DNA of 64,000 nucleotides from Verrucomicrobiota bacterium (GTDB lineage Bacteria; Verrucomicrobiota; Verrucomicrobiia; Verrucomicrobiales; V1-33): NCBI GenBank assembly GCA_039795165.1, contig JBDKER010000008.1, positions 64,053 to 128,052 of the forward strand, read 5' to 3'. Shown piece by piece: positions 54,931 to 64,000 of this stretch (position 1 is its first letter; each line of letters starts with the position of its first letter). The notes under the pieces were generated by a model. It saw only the letters and a program-made list of their open reading frames with translations, ran no database searches and was not told where the DNA came from. The position numbers and the translations under genes were made by a program.

Positions 54931-55998
54931 TCAGCTGACGGAGAGTTGGCGTCCCCTTGGGACCTGCTGAGTGAGGCAGTGGAACGATCCGAGTCCCCAG
55001 ACGAGTTCCGTGCTGTCGATGCCCACGATCTTGCGGTCTGGAAAGCATTCCTGGAGTTTGCCGAGGGCCTGTTCGTCATTCGGGTCATTGAAGACCGGGA
55101 CGATCACCGATCGGTTGGTGATGTAGAAATTGGCATAGCTGGCGGGGAGCCGCTGATCTTCCATGATGACGGGCCGGGGCATGGGGAGGACGAGGACATT
55201 GAGGCCGCTGTCGTCTTCCGTGGTCATGCGGCAGAGGCGTTCGTAGTTTTCCATGAGCTTGCCATGGTTTTCGTCGTCTTCATTTTCCTCGACGACGGTG
55301 ACCACGGTCTCTGGGTTGATGAAGCGGGTGATGTCGTCGATGTGGCCATCGGTGTCGTCGCCGGCCACGCCGTCGTGCAGCCAGAGGATTTTTTCGACGC
55401 CGAGGAAATCGCGGAGCCGCTCCTCGATCTGGTGCCTGGTGAGCTGGGGATTGCGGTTGGGATTGAGCAGGCACGATTCGGTGGTGAGTAGGGAACCGCA
55501 GCCGTTGAGGTCGATGCTGCCGCCTTCGAGCACCATGCCGCCGGGGAAGGCAGGCAAGCCGAGCAGCCGGGCCATGGCGGCGGGGATGTTCGTGTCGGGG
55601 AAGGCTTCCGGGTATTTGCCGCCCCATGCATTGTAGTGCCATGTGGTTGCGGCGACTTCGCCCGTGGTGTCGTTGACCACGAAGAGGGCACCGTGGTCCC
55701 GGCACCATGGATAGACTGCGGGAATTTCGGTGAGGATGAGTTTCCGCTGCGCTTCGCGGCTGACATGGCGCTCGATCCATGCCCGGTCGGCCTCGTCGGT
55801 GCAGTTCAGATAGAGTGGTTCGGAATCGGTGATGGCTTCGATGAGCCGTGCGAAGACGGGCAGCACGCGGTCGTGATGATTTCCGCCTGGGAATGAGGTA
55901 TCCCGGCGGGAAGGCCAGCTCATCCAGGTGGCCTGATGAGGTTCCCATTCAGCTGGCATGCGCCAGCCCTGCTCGCGGAGTGTCGGTGATGTGCTCAT
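54931..55998 (-). CDS. aguA: agmatine deiminase (PAD_porph family)
   Basis: Contains WRMPAEWEPHQATWMSWP and HIDDITRF. The C-terminal catalytic Cys context is GLGSFHCLTQQVP. Confidence 0.85.
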   Translation of the reverse strand: MSTSPTLREQGWRMPAEWEPHQATWMSWPSRRDTSFPGGNHHDRVLPVFARLIEAITDSEPLYLNCTDEADRAWIERHVSREAQRKLILTEIPAVYPWCRDHGALFVVNDTTGEVAATTWHYNAWGGKYPEAFPDTNIPAAMARLLGLPAFPGGMVLEGGSIDLNGCGSLLTTESCLLNPNRNPQLTRHQIEERLRDFLGVEKILWLHDGVAGDDTDGHIDDITRFINPETVVTVVEENEDDENHGKLMENYERLCRMTTEDDSGLNVLVLPMPRPVIMEDQRLPASYANFYITNRSVIVPVFNDPNDEQALGKLQECFPDRKIVGIDSTELVWGLGSFHCLTQQVPRGRQLSVS

Positions 55999-56079
55999 GA
56001 AGTCGTCTGGGCAGATTGGGCGGGCTGGAGGGATCCCGCAAGCCGTCCTGTGGCAGCAGAGTGGTGCAGCGGGATTGTC

Positions 56080-58536
56080 TCAGCGTGCTGCCTCGATGCG
56101 GGCGACCGCTTCTGTGCTGATGCTTTCGTAGGCGGCCACCTGGAGGACCCCGGAGGGCGGAAGGATGGGAATGGGGTAGCCGGGAATGCTGACGCAGGCG
56201 TCGCCGTGGGCGTATCCCATGTCGAGGCGGAGGCGGCGGTCGGCTGGCACGGTGTATTCCGGACGGGGATTCTCGGCGGTGATGAGCAGGACCCGCTGAT
56301 TCTTCCTGCGGAAAAGGGCATCGACGTCGCGATGGAGACCGTACGCATCAAGCCGCAGGACGAGGGCTCCGTCCGGCTGATCCTTCTGGAAGCTCTCCAT
56401 CTGCGAAGCCACGTTGTCGTGAACCTCGTGATTGAGGCCCCATGCCTTATCATCCCATCGGCCGATCCAGCTCATGGCCATGTGTCCGGAGGAAGCAACC
56501 ACGCTGCGGCGTCCGGCTTTGGTTTCGTCGGCGATTTCGCCGGCAAACTGCTCAATGGAGCCTAGCTGGCGCTCCCGGAGGCGGCGCACGAGGTAGCGTA
56601 TCCTTTCGAGGTACTGGCTGGCGAGCTGGCCTGCCGGCACGGGGGGGATCTTGAATTCCCTGTGGAACTGCTGCTTGCCGAAATACTGATCCGACCATGC
56701 CTTGCCGTCTTCGGTGATCCATGCCTTCCACATGACGGGCATGTGGCCGCGCCTTGTGAGGGCGGCGGTGAATTCCGCGATGAGGAGCCAGCCATTGATG
56801 GCATTCGTGAAGTGATTGGTCTTGCCCGTGCGGCGGCCACTGGGAAGCACCACGGCGCGGTCGTCGTCGCCGGCCCCGTTATCAATCCAATGGTGGCAGC
56901 GTGCGGCGATTTCCTGAAAGGCGCGGGCTTTGCGGGGACCGAAGCCGATGACGAGGCGGTCAGCGCTGCGGTCCTTTTCGATTCTCTGGAGCCCATCGTC
57001 CCCCGGGAGATCGTCCCAGCCGTAGATGACCGCGTCTAGGGCGTGTTCTTCTGGAGTTCTTTCCTTTTTCCATGGGCGCTCGAAGCCGATGTGCATGAGG
57101 CCGCCGGCTCTCCCCATGAGTTCCTGTTCAAGGGTGGTGCCGATCCACGGGAAGCCGATGAGGCCGCCCTTTTCATGGCGTTCGGCGAGCGCTTCGGCGA
57201 GCGATGTGATTTCCGGGATGCGTCCCGCGGATTCGCCGAGAATCCGGATGAGGGAATCGAGGTACTGTGCGGCGGGCGACGGGGTCTTTTCCTGCAGACG
57301 GAATCCTGAGATCTTCAGCAGCGTGAACGGGTAGATCACGGTGGCGTAGAGCGTGCCGTCGCGGGTGGCCATGAGGGCCATGTGGGCGTGCAGGGGTGTC
57401 AGGGTGCCATCGGGAAGCCGGTGGAATCCGTGCGTCCATGGTTTGGCCTTCCCATCGGCTGCGGGTGACCAGTCGAAGTAGTCCGGATTGGAGACCTTGA
57501 GCACACCGAGGTTTTCGTGCTTCTGCGCGGCAGGGTCGTAGCGCAGCAGATGGTGAAGGTATCCGGTGCCGAAACCGCTGTCGTTGTCGGTGCGGACGAG
57601 GGCATAGATCCGGCCATCGGGATGCAGGGTGAGGGCGCAGCGGGAATCGGGATGGCGGCCATCGGTCATGCGTCCACGGTCTTCTGCCTTGCCGCTTTCG
57701 AGATCAATCCGCAGGAGGGTCGGATCGTTCATCAGAATCGCCCATGCGTGGCGTCCGTCGCGGTCGAGCACCCACGTGGGAATGGCATTGGCGTCGGCGC
57801 GCTGCCATGGCTTTCCGCCGATCAGAATGGGCAGGACTCTGACGGTTCCGGCCGCGTCGCACTGGGCCAGCTGGAAGTCGGCGGTGATGGCGCTCGCGGA
57901 GCCCCGCGCGTCGATCAGGGTACTGGCGTACGGGGTCAGCATGGGGCCGAGTTCCTTCCATGGGCCGCCGTGCGAGGCGCTCCCGAGCATCCAGTGCTGG
58001 TCCTCGCAGGTGACAGCGAAGAGGCGATCGCGGTCTTCATCGGGCATGACATCGATGACTCCCTGACCGGGAAACGGCATGCCGAGGTTCTCGGTCCGGC
58101 CGGTGCGGGCGTCGTAGGCCATGGCGTAGCCGCCCGGATAGCTCTGCTTGTCTCCATCCTTCGGATACCCCTGTTTGCTGCCCACGTAGACCCTTCCGGA
58201 TGGGCCCACGGCATTCCGCGTGTGCAGCTTCGCCTGGGCGGCATATCCCGTGGCGCTGAGGCCGCAGGTCCGGTGGGTATCGAGTACGATTCTCTGGGTT
58301 CCGCTGCGGGGATCGAATTCCACGAGGTAGGCATTGTGACCGTACTTGGCGGACCCGACCCCGATGGTACCGTCATCGGCTTCATGAAGCGAGAAGTATC
58401 CGGATTCCTCGCTCGTGGTCTCCGGCAGGATATGGGTTGCCACGGCTTCTACATAGCGCGGAGGTTCGGCGGCGGGGGCGCTGGCCGCCATGGCTCCGGC
58501 GGTCAGCAGCGGCAGAAGGAAGCGGATGGTCTGCAT
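56080..58536 (-). CDS. secreted conserved hypothetical protein (N-terminal beta-propeller-like half, unknown C-terminal half)
   Basis: 818 aa with the signal peptide MQTIRFLLPLLTAGAMAASAPA. Coding-like composition. I recognise no confident domain. Confidence 0.55.
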   Translation of the reverse strand: MQTIRFLLPLLTAGAMAASAPAAEPPRYVEAVATHILPETTSEESGYFSLHEADDGTIGVGSAKYGHNAYLVEFDPRSGTQRIVLDTHRTCGLSATGYAAQAKLHTRNAVGPSGRVYVGSKQGYPKDGDKQSYPGGYAMAYDARTGRTENLGMPFPGQGVIDVMPDEDRDRLFAVTCEDQHWMLGSASHGGPWKELGPMLTPYASTLIDARGSASAITADFQLAQCDAAGTVRVLPILIGGKPWQRADANAIPTWVLDRDGRHAWAILMNDPTLLRIDLESGKAEDRGRMTDGRHPDSRCALTLHPDGRIYALVRTDNDSGFGTGYLHHLLRYDPAAQKHENLGVLKVSNPDYFDWSPAADGKAKPWTHGFHRLPDGTLTPLHAHMALMATRDGTLYATVIYPFTLLKISGFRLQEKTPSPAAQYLDSLIRILGESAGRIPEITSLAEALAERHEKGGLIGFPWIGTTLEQELMGRAGGLMHIGFERPWKKERTPEEHALDAVIYGWDDLPGDDGLQRIEKDRSADRLVIGFGPRKARAFQEIAARCHHWIDNGAGDDDRAVVLPSGRRTGKTNHFTNAINGWLLIAEFTAALTRRGHMPVMWKAWITEDGKAWSDQYFGKQQFHREFKIPPVPAGQLASQYLERIRYLVRRLRERQLGSIEQFAGEIADETKAGRRSVVASSGHMAMSWIGRWDDKAWGLNHEVHDNVASQMESFQKDQPDGALVLRLDAYGLHRDVDALFRRKNQRVLLITAENPRPEYTVPADRRLRLDMGYAHGDACVSIPGYPIPILPPSGVLQVAAYESISTEAVARIEAAR

Positions 58537-58687
58537 GCATACCGTCTACCCTGACGGCCGCGGGCCCTGCCAGCATTTTGCCAGCCGCAATCGTGGCTTG
58601 ATTCCCCTGGCGGAAGTCTCGGCGCTCTTCAGCATCGCTTCCGTGTCCCCGGCTGCACCCCGCAATTCCTTCACCGCTCCTCTTACC

Positions 58688-59596
58688 ATGCTGCAGACTG
58701 ACAAGCTGCGCCGCGTGCTGCGCGAGCAGGGCTGGAAATTCGAGGAGAAGGAACACACGCTCTACGCGGCCCGCAAGGACCGGACTTCCGTGGCGGTCTA
58801 TCAGAAAGGCCCCAAGGTTCTCGTCCAGGGAAAGGGCACGGCGGAATTCATCGAATTCATTCTTGAGCCCGAAATCCTCGGCTGCGCGAGAGTCGGCTAC
58901 GAGGAAGTGCATCAGCCGGAAATGTTCGCTCCCCATTTCGGCATCGACGAGAGCGGCAAGGGCGACTTCTTCGGTCCGCTTGTGATTGCGGGTGTCTATG
59001 TCGAGCCGGCCGTGGCGCGCGCTCTGCTTGCGGCCGGCGTGCAGGATAGCAAGGCCATCGGTTCCGATGCCCGCATCCGGCAGCTTGCGGAGGCCATCCG
59101 GGCTGTTCCGGGAGTAGCCTGCGAGGTCATCAGCATGGGTCCGGAACGCTACAACGATCTTTACGGCAAGTTCGGCAATCTGAACCGGCTGCTCGCATGG
59201 GGACACAGCCGGGTCATCGAGGCGCTGCTGGTACAGCGGCCGGAATGCCCACGGGCTCTCAGCGACCAGTTTGCACATGAAAGCGTGCTGCGCCGGGCGC
59301 TCGGGCCGAGGGCGAAGGAATCCGGGATGATTCTCGAGCAGCGCACCAAGGGAGAAAGCGATATCGCGGTGGCCGCGGCATCGGTACTGGCAAGGGAACG
59401 CTTCATTGACTGGATGGATGAGGCGTCGCGGCGGCTTGGGTTGAAACTGCCACGCGGAGCCAGTCAGGTGAAGGTTGTGGCGTCGCAGCTGGTGAGTGCC
59501 CGCGGCGCTGCGTTCCTGACGAAAGTTGCCAAGACGCACTTCAAGACAGCCCAGCAGGTTCTGGGCCTCCCTCCTGTCATGGGCGAGGACGCCTGA
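58688..59596 (+). CDS. rnhC: ribonuclease HIII
   Basis: ATG at 58688. An N-terminal TBP-like substrate-binding domain is followed by HFGIDESGKGDFFGPLVIAGV, DSKAI, and SDIAVAAASVLAR. Confidence 0.8.
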   Translation: MLQTDKLRRVLREQGWKFEEKEHTLYAARKDRTSVAVYQKGPKVLVQGKGTAEFIEFILEPEILGCARVGYEEVHQPEMFAPHFGIDESGKGDFFGPLVIAGVYVEPAVARALLAAGVQDSKAIGSDARIRQLAEAIRAVPGVACEVISMGPERYNDLYGKFGNLNRLLAWGHSRVIEALLVQRPECPRALSDQFAHESVLRRALGPRAKESGMILEQRTKGESDIAVAAASVLARERFIDWMDEASRRLGLKLPRGASQVKVVASQLVSARGAAFLTKVAKTHFKTAQQVLGLPPVMGEDA

Positions 59597-59646
59597 GGTT
59601 CCCTGACCATTGACAGACAGCCTGGCAACTTCATGGTTCGCCAGCC

Positions 59647-60498
59647 ATGATGCGCCCTCTGCTTGCCCTGCTTACGGTTCTCGTTCTGCCTTCCGTTCTC
59701 AAGGCCGCCCCGGCCGCGCTGCCGCAGATCGTAAATGTTTCGTCGTACGATCCCAAGGAGAAGCAGAGGGCTGGCCGCAGTTACTCCGAGCACGATGTTT
59801 CCGCGCTGCGCGACAACGGGGCTTCCGGGCTGATTGCCCGGGCCGGCAAAGGCGGCAACCTCGATACCAAGTGCTCGGCGTTTCTGACAGCCGCCGACCG
59901 GGTGGGACTCTGGCCGGGAGTGTATTACCGCGTGCAGCGGCACACCGATCCCGTGCAGCAGGCGGATCAGTTTGTGAACCGGGTGGCGGCACTGTCCCGC
60001 AGCCGCGACTGGAATGCTCCGTCGCTGCTGCTGTGCGGCGACTACGATGGCGATCTGCTGCTTTCTTCCATCCTTGCTTTCATGGACCGCGTGGAGGCCC
60101 GCACCGGCGTGATTCCGGTCGCCTATCTGGAGAACAGTCCGCAGCTCAAGCTGCAGACGCGGTCGGCGGACCGTGCCACCCGGGCGCGTCTGGCGCGTGC
60201 TCCCTACTGGCTGGCGCTTTATTCCCACGAAAGCGGAGCCGGCCCGATATTTCCCGCTCCTGGATCGCCGGAAGGTCTGCTGGGACAATACCGCCTGTGG
60301 AATCAGTGGGCCATGTGGCAGTATGGAGGTGTCGATTGGGAACGCGGCGGCTCCCGGCCCAAGGTCTATCAGCACGGACGGTGGAAGTTTGCTCCCTGGT
60401 TCGGCAATCTCGACCGCCCCGTGGAGCGCAACGTCTTTAATGGCTCGGCATCGCAGATGGGGGCATTCTGGCGGCGGCATGGGCTTAAACTGCGCTGA
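59647..60498 (+). CDS. secreted GH25-like muramidase family protein
   Basis: Has a signal peptide. Contains GLWPGVYYRV...QADQFV, CGDYDGD, and WAMWQYGG...RNVFNGS, which resemble GH25 blocks with insertions. Confidence 0.5.
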   Translation: MMRPLLALLTVLVLPSVLKAAPAALPQIVNVSSYDPKEKQRAGRSYSEHDVSALRDNGASGLIARAGKGGNLDTKCSAFLTAADRVGLWPGVYYRVQRHTDPVQQADQFVNRVAALSRSRDWNAPSLLLCGDYDGDLLLSSILAFMDRVEARTGVIPVAYLENSPQLKLQTRSADRATRARLARAPYWLALYSHESGAGPIFPAPGSPEGLLGQYRLWNQWAMWQYGGVDWERGGSRPKVYQHGRWKFAPWFGNLDRPVERNVFNGSASQMGAFWRRHGLKLR

Positions 60499-60549
60499 CG
60501 GACTCCCATTGACTCTCTCGTTCCCGACGCCGAGGCTAAGAGGCATATC

Positions 60550-61287
60550 ATGAGCAATCTCTGGAATGGACTCAGTGAAGATGCCCGCGCCCAGCTGGAA
60601 ACCCGCAGCTATGCCCGCGCGCCTCTGGCGGAACGGCTCGGCACCTCCGGCGTGGAAGCGCGGGAAATCGCCTCGCCGGACGGGGCACCCGATGGTCTGG
60701 ACGGTGTCTGGATTCCCGGTGTGATTGTTTTCCCCCGCACGGTCTATCCCCAGCATTGCCGCGGATTTTTCGGCGAGTTTGCCCGCGCCACGGAGGGACC
60801 GCTGCACCGGATTGGACTCTGGCCGCGCCAGTGGGCCGCTGCGCGCATGTTTGCCGGATCGGCCAAGGGCTTTCATATCCATCCGCCCCACATTCCCGAG
60901 AGCACGGCTCCGGAATCATGGTTCCGGCAGCTCTACGGCGCCGCCCCATTTCGCTGGGAGGATCGTCCCTACGACCGTGAGCAGTGGGACGTCATGTTCT
61001 TCCTTCAGGGCATCGCGGAAATGATCCTCGTGGACGAACGGCCGGGACTGGAGCGTCGTGTCATGCGCTTCCTTATCTGGGGTGATGACCTGCCATCGGC
61101 CAGCAACGTGGGAGTAGTCATCCCGGCCGGAGTGGCGCATGCGATCCGTTCGGCCAGCAGTTCGGATCTGCTCATGGTCTACGGGACGAGCACCACGTTT
61201 GTGCCGGCCAGCGAAGGCCGCATTGCCAGCAGCGTCGAGTCGGCTCCCCTTCCCGGTCCGTGGCAGGATTACCTCGACCGCCGCTGA
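60550..61287 (+). CDS. RmlC-like cupin (sugar epimerase-like) protein
   Basis: The pattern KGFHIHPPH...QWDVMFFLQGIAEMILVDER...VVIPAGVAHAIRS...MVYGTS matches the double-stranded beta-helix pattern of dTDP-sugar 3,5-epimerase-like proteins. Confidence 0.5.
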   Translation: MSNLWNGLSEDARAQLETRSYARAPLAERLGTSGVEAREIASPDGAPDGLDGVWIPGVIVFPRTVYPQHCRGFFGEFARATEGPLHRIGLWPRQWAAARMFAGSAKGFHIHPPHIPESTAPESWFRQLYGAAPFRWEDRPYDREQWDVMFFLQGIAEMILVDERPGLERRVMRFLIWGDDLPSASNVGVVIPAGVAHAIRSASSSDLLMVYGTSTTFVPASEGRIASSVESAPLPGPWQDYLDRR

Positions 61288-61650
61288 ATGCCCGCGTTTG
61301 CCTTCCTCCTCATGACAACCCTTGCCGCGCCACCTTCCACATCGTGGGAATTCCACGCGTATGATCGTGACACGGTGGACCGCGTCTGGGAACTCGGTGT
61401 CCCCGTGCCGGGCAACGACCCCGCACTTTGGCGCAAGGATCAGTTCGGCGCATGGATGCACCGTCTTGATTTCGGCCGCCGCCATTCCGAGTTCGGCTGG
61501 GAAATCCATGACCTCTCGATTGGTGGGAGCGCCGACAGTTTTTCCGCCCTGCGTCCAGTCCAATGGCAGAATCTTCTCGATCTCCTTGCCAATGAAACCC
61601 GCAGCCGGGTAACAGCCGACGGGCTCCGCAATGCGCGCAGGCTGCTGTGA
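61288..61650 (+). CDS. small HNH-nuclease-like protein with a degenerate catalytic motif
   Basis: WRKDQFGAWMHRLDFGRRHSEFGWEIHDLSIGGSADSFSALRPVQWQN parallels the small HNH family (..GWEIDHI.P.S.GG.D...NLQPL.W.NN..K). It has HD in place of DH and has lost the NN..K tail. Confidence 0.45.
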   Translation: MPAFAFLLMTTLAAPPSTSWEFHAYDRDTVDRVWELGVPVPGNDPALWRKDQFGAWMHRLDFGRRHSEFGWEIHDLSIGGSADSFSALRPVQWQNLLDLLANETRSRVTADGLRNARRLL

Positions 61651-61699
61651 GGTCCCTGCAATCCTGCCTTCCACGGAACATTCCTTCCCTGACCCAGCC

Positions 61700-62386
61700 A
61701 TGAAAAAAACAGCTCTTGCCGCCGTCCTGCTGATCACTGCCTGTGACAGCGAACAGTCGAAACAGGCCAAGGCCAAGGCTGCGGAGGCAGCGGCAGCGGC
61801 CAGAGACACGGTGGCCAGTGAAGTCACGGAGGCCGTCGCAAAGGGGAAGGAGGCTTCCGCCGTCGTTGCTGAAAAGGCCCGCACGGCCGCTGAGCAGGCA
61901 GGAGCGAAAGCCCGCGAAATGGCCGGAGACATCCCCGAGAAGTCGCGCGTCTTCAAGGAGGCGGCTGAGGAGAAAATCGGTGAACTGCGCGCCGCCGCCA
62001 AGGACCGCAGCGCCGATGCCATTGGAAACTTCCGCGACCGGCTCGGGAAATTCCATGAATGGCTGGCCGGTCAGGAAGGATCCGCGAACGACCTCAGCAA
62101 GGCTGACCGCGTCATGGAGGACTTCATGAAGAACCTCAAGGCTGTCCCCACCGAGGGACTGCCTGCCGATCTCCAGAGCGGTTTCGCGGAGTACCAGGGG
62201 ACCCTCATTGAATTGCAGAAAGTGCTCGCCACCATGCCCAAAGAGGAAGGTTCCGCCCTCCAGAAGTGGGAAGCGGCCAACCGACCTGCCCTTGAGACGC
62301 TCAATGCACGGATGTCTGCGGCTGTGAAAGGCCTCCAGGAAGCGGCGGCCCGTCACGGTATCCCCGACCTCAGACTCGGCGAGTGA
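61700..62386 (+). CDS. helical Ala/Lys/Glu-rich lipoprotein, hypothetical
   Basis: ATG at 61700 gives MKKTALAAVLLITAC (lipobox). Confidence 0.6.
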   Translation: MKKTALAAVLLITACDSEQSKQAKAKAAEAAAAARDTVASEVTEAVAKGKEASAVVAEKARTAAEQAGAKAREMAGDIPEKSRVFKEAAEEKIGELRAAAKDRSADAIGNFRDRLGKFHEWLAGQEGSANDLSKADRVMEDFMKNLKAVPTEGLPADLQSGFAEYQGTLIELQKVLATMPKEEGSALQKWEAANRPALETLNARMSAAVKGLQEAAARHGIPDLRLGE

Positions 62387-62393
62387 CCTCCCT

Positions 62394-64000
62394 TCAATCC
62401 CTTCGGATGGGATCGCCCTCAGATCCGCTGCCGAATGCGCGGGAACACATGCGCAGCATTTTGGCGCCCGCCTCCAGTTCGTCGTGAACCACCCCGCCGG
62501 GCGCAACCCCGCGCAGCATCTCGGCCTCGTCCGGAAAGCGCGCCCGGCACAGCAGCATGGCATCGGGGTTCCGCTCCCGCGCAAGCGTGATCACCGTCCG
62601 CGCAGTCTCCGCATGCGGAAACGTCACCACCAGCAGCCGCGCCCGGTCAATGCCAGCCAGTTCAAGTGTATCAGCCTGCGCGATGTCCGCGAAGAGCACG
62701 GCATGGCCCTCAGCCTTGAGCCGCCCGACCGTCTCCGCATTCAGTTCAATGATGACCACGGGAATGCCGAGCCGCACGAGTCCGCGGTGCACCATTTCAC
62801 CTACAGTGCCGTAGCCGCAGAGAATCGCATGATCCCGCAGTTCCTTTACGCGGCGCGCCGCCGCCGAGGCGCTGGTCTTACCGGGAGCCATGGGGGCACC
62901 TCCGCTCCTTTCACGCAGCCAGCCCCGCGACACAGCCAGCTTCATCAGGAACGGAGAGATTGTCAGGGAAAAGGCGGTCACGGCGAGCAGCCCATTGGCA
63001 AAAGTCCCCGGGATGATTCCCCGTTCGGCGGCTTCCTGGCCAAGCACGACGGAGAATTCGCCACAGCCCGCAAGAGCCAGCGCGGCTGCCCGGCCTGCGG
63101 CCACGGATGCCCCTGAGAAGCGGGCCGCCAGCAGCGTCAGCACAGGTTTCAAGGTAAGTGCGAGGACGATGCCGCTCAGCACCCATGGCCACGCGGCCGC
63201 CACCGAGGGAAGGTCGACCATGGCTCCCACGGAAAGAAAAAACACGGTCAGGAAGAAGTCTCGGAAGGGCGCTGCATCAGCAAGGATGCGGTGGCTGTAA
63301 ACGGAGCCGCTGACAGCCACTCCGGCGGCAAAGGCGCCCAGACTAAGCCCAAGTCCAAGGCTCTGCCCCAGCGCCGCAACACCCGAACAGAGCGCCAGCA
63401 CCGCGAGGGTGAACAGTTCGCGCGACCTGGTCCGGCTCACGGCCCGCAGCAGCAGGGGAACTCCGAACCGGCTCAGCAGCGCCGCACAGGCGAGAAAGAC
63501 AATTCCCTTGGCCGCCAGGGAGGCCCACGGTGCGTCACCGCTGCCACCGGCACCCTGCAGAACCAGCAGAAAAATGATCACGATGATGTCCTGTACGAGG
63601 GCAATCCCCAGAGTCAGCCTCGCCCCGGGATGCTCGCGGATGCCGGAATCATCGAACAGCTTCACTCCCACCGCGGTCGAAGATAGACCAACAGCGACAC
63701 CTGCCGTGGCCGATGCGAGTGCCGACCACCCAGATGCCAGCGCCATCAAACCAGCAAGACCTCCTGTCAGGCCCATCTGCCAAAGTCCGGCGGACAGACC
63801 GTTCCGGCGCATCATCATCAGTTCGTGACGGGAGCACTCCGCCCCCACGGTGAACATGAGCAGCAGGATGCCCACATCAGCCATGCGCTGCAGGGATTCC
63901 GCCGCCTCAGTACCAGGTGACAGAGAGACCGGACTCAGCCTCGCTAGCAGAAAGCCGCACAGAAAGTAACCCGGCAGCGCGGGCAGCCGGAACCTCCGCA
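62394..64000 (-). CDS. Kef-type cation:proton antiporter (CPA2) with C-terminal RCK/TrkA-N domain; the 5' end lies outside the window
   Basis: Multi-TM Na_H_exchanger-like region. RCK motif HAILCGYGTVGEMVHRGL. The frame stays open upstream of the ORF-track Met to base 64000 (..LPALPGYFLCGFLLARLSP..). Confidence 0.8.
   Translation of the reverse strand, partial: RRFRLPALPGYFLCGFLLARLSPVSLSPGTEAAESLQRMADVGILLLMFTVGAECSRHELMMMRRNGLSAGLWQMGLTGGLAGLMALASGWSALASATAGVAVGLSSTAVGVKLFDDSGIREHPGARLTLGIALVQDIIVIIFLLVLQGAGGSGDAPWASLAAKGIVFLACAALLSRFGVPLLLRAVSRTRSRELFTLAVLALCSGVAALGQSLGLGLSLGAFAAGVAVSGSVYSHRILADAAPFRDFFLTVFFLSVGAMVDLPSVAAAWPWVLSGIVLALTLKPVLTLLAARFSGASVAAGRAAALALAGCGEFSVVLGQEAAERGIIPGTFANGLLAVTAFSLTISPFLMKLAVSRGWLRERSGGAPMAPGKTSASAAARRVKELRDHAILCGYGTVGEMVHRGLVRLGIPVVIIELNAETVGRLKAEGHAVLFADIAQADTLELAGIDRARLLVVTFPHAETARTVITLARERNPDAMLLCRARFPDEAEMLRGVAPGGVVHDELEAGAKMLRMCSRAFGSGSEGDPIRRD

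Noticed and set aside
61310-62584. 424-aa minus-strand ORF spanning the HNH-like and lipoprotein genes.
   Set aside because: It has no motifs and a biased composition. It overlaps two plus-strand ORFs that have a lipobox and a family pattern.

Overview
This is a high-GC bacterial chromosome segment. Hand-counted core lines run about 65-73% GC. It carries PVC-superphylum hallmarks: a PSCyt/DUF1549/DUF1553 + DUF1501 gene pair, a PVC-type membrane-bound-dehydrogenase/CxxCH heme protein, and a GFTLIELLVV pseudopilin. The source is most likely a member of Verrucomicrobiota, but I cannot name the organism. No homology search was possible, so all product calls rest on motifs recognised by eye in the supplied ORF translations. 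I support about 50 CDS, 2 tRNAs, 2 decayed genes, several intrinsic terminators and a few short repeats. I found no rRNA, CRISPR array, intact IS element or prophage.

Layout:
- 0-26 kb, core genes: HAD hydrolase, SurA-like PPIase, PSCyt/DUF1501 pair, pcp, rpsF, pth, two PilT-family ATPases preceded by two GT-C-like membrane glycosyltransferases, upp, a type III PKS, a pseudopilin with a sigma-54 response regulator, a 1267-aa protein with four malectin-like modules, nagZ.
- 26.3-49.7 kb, variable region bracketed by tRNA-Arg(ACG) and tRNA-Thr(CGT), whose 3' ends both point inward. It holds two lower-GC blocks: an NHL/choice-of-anchor-D secreted protein, and a ~16 kb pseudaminic-acid + Wzm/Wzt glycan locus.
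- 50-64 kb, core genes: MFS transporter, NIF3, agmatine deiminase, RNase HIII, Kef-type antiporter.

The most interesting observation is the leader of the glycan locus. It carries a perfect 12-nt enterobacterial-type ops element (GGCGGTAGCGTG, JUMPstart-like flank), followed by an intrinsic terminator just before the first gene. This suggests NusG-paralogue (RfaH-like) processive antitermination in a lineage where it is not described. The same locus also contains a neuA-like 5' remnant and a GT2 gene split by a 1-nt deletion in an A-run.
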